Assembly: GCA_036265915.1 (NCBI GenBank) | Contig: DATAOC010000019.1 | Coordinates: forward strand, 37,006-101,005 | Length of the DNA stretch: 64,000 bases | Direction of reading: 5' to 3' | Source of the DNA: Candidatus Methylomirabilota bacterium | GTDB lineage: Bacteria; Methylomirabilota; Methylomirabilia; Rokubacteriales; CSP1-6 | Part shown: positions 61,534-64,000 of the stretch, one piece after another | How the letters are laid out: the number at the start of each line of letters is the position of its first letter | Numbering within the stretch: position 1 is the first letter of the stretch | Notes under the pieces: generated by a model | What the model saw: the letters and a program-made list of their open reading frames with translations, nothing else | What the model was told of the DNA's origin: nothing | The model's database searches: none | Translations under genes and position numbers: made by a program

Positions 61534-63210
61534 ATGAGCGACCCCTATTCGGAGATCCGCTCCGCCCGACTCGATCGCCGATCGTTCCTGAAGCGCACCG
61601 GTGTCGCCGGCGCCGCCGCCATCGTGGCGTCCCGACTGCCGGTACCGGGCGCCGCGGTCGCCCAGGACGCGACGCTGCGTGCCGATGCGGCCGCCAAGCG
61701 TGGTGGGACATTGCGCTACGGGATCCTCAGCGCCGCCGCGCACTTCGACGTCCATCAATCGGGCACGGTGGCGAACATCGGGCCGCAGAGCCCGATGTAC
61801 GACACCCTCCTTCGCCGCAGCCCCCGCGACGGACAGACGATCATTCCGGATCTCGCGCAGCGCTGGGAGATCGCGCCCGACGGCAAGAAGTACACGTTCC
61901 ACCTGCGCCGTGGTGTCAAGTTCCACGACGGTGCCGAGCTCACCGCCGAGGACGTGAAGGCGACCTACGAACGCATCGCGCGGCCGCCGAAGGGCGTCGT
62001 CATCCCGCGGACGCCGCTGTTCGCCACCGTCGGCGACATCGTCGCCGTCGACCCGTACAGGGTCGAGTTCCGGCTCACGGAGCCGCGTCCGAAGCCCTTC
62101 ATGCTCGGCGCGTTTGCGAGCGGCTGGAACATCATCGTGCGGAAGAAAACACTCGAGGAGCACCAGGGCAACCTGCGCCAGGTGATGAACTATCCCGGCA
62201 CGGGACCGTTCAAGCACGTGTCGCGGCAGGACAAGGAAGTCTGGATCATGGAGCGGAACCCGAACTACTGGAACAAGGGCCTGCCGTACGTCGATCGCCT
62301 CGAGATCTACAACCTGCCGCCGTTCTCCCCCGAGCTCGGCTCCTCGTTCCTCTCCGGCAAGGTCGACTACGCGCGGCTGCTCGATCCGGTCTCGTGGCGC
62401 AAGGCGAAGGAGATGCCCGGCGTGACCGCGGCCGCGTTCAACCAGAGCGTCATCCAGGCATTCTGGACCAACATGCAGAAGAACAAGGCGCTGGCAGACC
62501 CGCGCGTGCGTCGCGCGATCCATCTGGCGATGGATCGCCACACGCTGGTGGAGGTCGTCAAGGACACGGCGCCGATGCAGGTCGGCGGCTTCGTCTATCC
62601 CTTCCACGAGATGTCGACGCCGCGGCCCGAGCTCGAGAAGCGCCTCGGATACCAGAAGGACGTGACGCCGGCGGTGCAGGAGGCGCGGCGGCTGATGAAG
62701 GAAGCCGGCTACGCGAACGGCCTGCGCAACCTCGATTTCGTGGTGCGCGACATCGCCAGCTTCAAGCTGTGGGCGGTCGCCATCCAGGCCATGCTCAAGG
62801 AGCACCTCAACATCGAGGCGAACCTGCGCGTCGTGCAGACCTCCGTGTGGTTCGAGGAGGCGGCCGCGGGCAACTTCGATCTGGCGATCAGCGCCATCGT
62901 CTCCACGCTGATGGATCCGTCCGATTACTTCACCGCCTGGTACGGCAAGGACGGGCCGCAGAACTATTCGCGGTGGACCAACCCGGCGTTCCACGACGTC
63001 GCGAGCCAGATCGAGCGCGAGCTCGATGACAGCAAGCGCAAGACGCTCGTGCGGAAGGCCGAGGACCTGCTGGAGCAGGATCCGCCGCTGATTCCCGTCG
63101 CCTACGAGCAGATCTACGACGCCTGGTCCAACAAGGTGAAGGGCCAGAATCCGTCCACCTACTTCGGGATCTACGACGTCGTGCGCTGGGATCAGGTCTG
63201 GCTGGGCTGA
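61534..63210 (+). CDS. ABC transporter substrate-binding protein, family 5, with Tat signal
   Basis: ATG 61534 is preceded by AGGAGG. The twin-arginine motif is DRRSFLKRTGVAGAAA. YTFHLRRGVKFHDGAELTAEDVKATY matches the family. Confidence 0.88.
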   Translation: MSDPYSEIRSARLDRRSFLKRTGVAGAAAIVASRLPVPGAAVAQDATLRADAAAKRGGTLRYGILSAAAHFDVHQSGTVANIGPQSPMYDTLLRRSPRDGQTIIPDLAQRWEIAPDGKKYTFHLRRGVKFHDGAELTAEDVKATYERIARPPKGVVIPRTPLFATVGDIVAVDPYRVEFRLTEPRPKPFMLGAFASGWNIIVRKKTLEEHQGNLRQVMNYPGTGPFKHVSRQDKEVWIMERNPNYWNKGLPYVDRLEIYNLPPFSPELGSSFLSGKVDYARLLDPVSWRKAKEMPGVTAAAFNQSVIQAFWTNMQKNKALADPRVRRAIHLAMDRHTLVEVVKDTAPMQVGGFVYPFHEMSTPRPELEKRLGYQKDVTPAVQEARRLMKEAGYANGLRNLDFVVRDIASFKLWAVAIQAMLKEHLNIEANLRVVQTSVWFEEAAAGNFDLAISAIVSTLMDPSDYFTAWYGKDGPQNYSRWTNPAFHDVASQIERELDDSKRKTLVRKAEDLLEQDPPLIPVAYEQIYDAWSNKVKGQNPSTYFGIYDVVRWDQVWLG

Positions 63211-63227
63211 GCGACGGCGGCTGAATC

Positions 63228-64000
63228 GTGAGGAAGTACCTGGCGCGCCGGGCAGTGTATGCCGCCGTCACCCTGCTCGGCGTGTCGCTCAGCATCTTCA
63301 TCGTGCTCCGGGTGCTGCCGGGTGACCCGCTCGTTGCCATCCTGGGCGTCGAGGGCCACGCTCGGATGACGCCGGCGGATCGCGTGCGCATCATGGCCGA
63401 CCTCGGACTCAGCGATCCGCTGCCCGTCCAGTACGTTCGATGGCTCGGCGACATCGGCGCCGGCCGGCTCGGGAAGTCGTTCTTCCGCGGCGACACGGTC
63501 GCCGAGCTCATCCTCCATCGGGGTCCGATCAGCGCCGAGATCGGCGTGCTGGCGCTGTTCATCTCGTGGCTGGTCGGCATGCCCGTCGGGATCCTGAGCG
63601 CGTTCAAGCCGAACGGCGTGCCGGATGCGGTCGCGCGTGCCGTGTCCGTGCTCTTCATCGCCATCCCGGGGTTCTGGCTGGGGATGCTGATCGTGCTCGC
63701 CCTCCTGTTCTGGTTCGGCTACAAGGGGCCGATCACCATCGTCCATTTCTGGAACGATCCCTGGCAGAACGCGCAGCTCGTGCTCGGCCCCGGCATCGTG
63801 CTCGGGCTGGCCCAGGGCGCCTACATCGCGCGCATGTCCCGCTCGTGTCTGCTCGAGGTGATCGGCGAGGACTTCGTGCGGACGGCGCGCGCGAAGGGGC
63901 TCCGCGAAGGGCTGATCGTGATGCGCCACGCGCTGCCCAACGCGCTGCTGCCCGTCATCACCATCTCGGGTGTCCTGCTCGGCTTCGTGCTCGGCGGCTC
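63228..64000 (+). CDS. ABC transporter permease (DppB/OppB-like), 3'-truncated by window edge
   Basis: My translation from GTG 63228 is VRKYLARRAVYAAVTLLGVSLSIFIVLRVLPGDPL...EDFVRTARAKGL. The frame stays open to the window end and is absent from the track because there is no stop. Confidence 0.85.
   Translation, partial: MRKYLARRAVYAAVTLLGVSLSIFIVLRVLPGDPLVAILGVEGHARMTPADRVRIMADLGLSDPLPVQYVRWLGDIGAGRLGKSFFRGDTVAELILHRGPISAEIGVLALFISWLVGMPVGILSAFKPNGVPDAVARAVSVLFIAIPGFWLGMLIVLALLFWFGYKGPITIVHFWNDPWQNAQLVLGPGIVLGLAQGAYIARMSRSCLLEVIGEDFVRTARAKGLREGLIVMRHALPNALLPVITISGVLLGFVLGG

Noticed and set aside
59557-62994. 1145-aa minus-strand ORF, the longest in the track
   Set aside because: - It is antisense to three plus-strand genes with clear family signatures (an SDR and two family-5 binding proteins).
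- Its translation is Arg/Ala/Gly/Pro-rich nonsense, typical of shadow ORFs in very GC-rich DNA.

Overview
Very GC-rich bacterial chromosomal segment, with codon third positions almost all G/C. By eye I found no rRNA, tRNA, CRISPR array, IS element, integrase or phage gene. About 55 protein genes are tightly packed into operons, many joined by 4-nt ATGA/GTGA stop/start overlaps. The six-frame track is dominated by long antisense shadow ORFs and ORFs extended too far 5', so I re-called starts from remembered family N-termini, Shine-Dalgarno motifs and overlap logic.

Gene content, left to right:
- 1-4134: five-gene TVP38 / MerA-like reductase / DUF3047 / two 'arsenosugar-type' transferases cluster.
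- 4250-5068: SPW-repeat/BON protein.
- 5302-11461 (minus): lipoprotein plus yejABEF-type peptide ABC importer.
- 11719-15611: HtrA protease, an orphan sensory-rhodopsin-transducer (ASRT) homologue and a cardiolipin synthase.
- Three sigma-54 enhancer-binding response regulators (15624-16967, 22543-23886, 39355-40749), two of them with histidine kinases.
- 24229-25569: secreted di-haem DUF1111 oxidoreductase.
- 27112-28775: frameshifted cNMP-binding thioredoxin-reductase-like gene.
- 34817-38551: GT2 / dedicated ACP / acyl-AMP ligase / LpxL-type acyltransferase lipid locus.
- 38830-44714 (minus): OsmC / GAF-kinase / REC-adenylate cyclase / sigma-54 activator operon.
- 44836-52023 (minus): carbohydrate block with ROK kinase, hydrolase-glycosyltransferase fusion, GH15, VKOR-like protein and SDR.
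- 52195-55973: PQQ alcohol-dehydrogenase cluster with the lanthanide-type DYD signature and a XoxJ-cytochrome c fusion.
- 56166-57947: secreted beta-propeller with a heptad N-x-T coiled coil.
- 59105-64000: SDR plus a two-binding-protein ABC importer that runs off the window.

Most notable points:
- Unusual density of sigma-54 circuitry: 3 activators and 5 candidate -24/-12 promoters, two of which match the consensus perfectly.
- The branched OsmC-kinase-cyclase-activator operon.
- The dedicated-ACP acylation locus opposite a GT2 gene that lacks a canonical start codon.
- An AT-rich islet (38552-38786) with direct repeats and an uncalled 52-codon ORF.

All homology statements come from memory of protein families, not from database searches.
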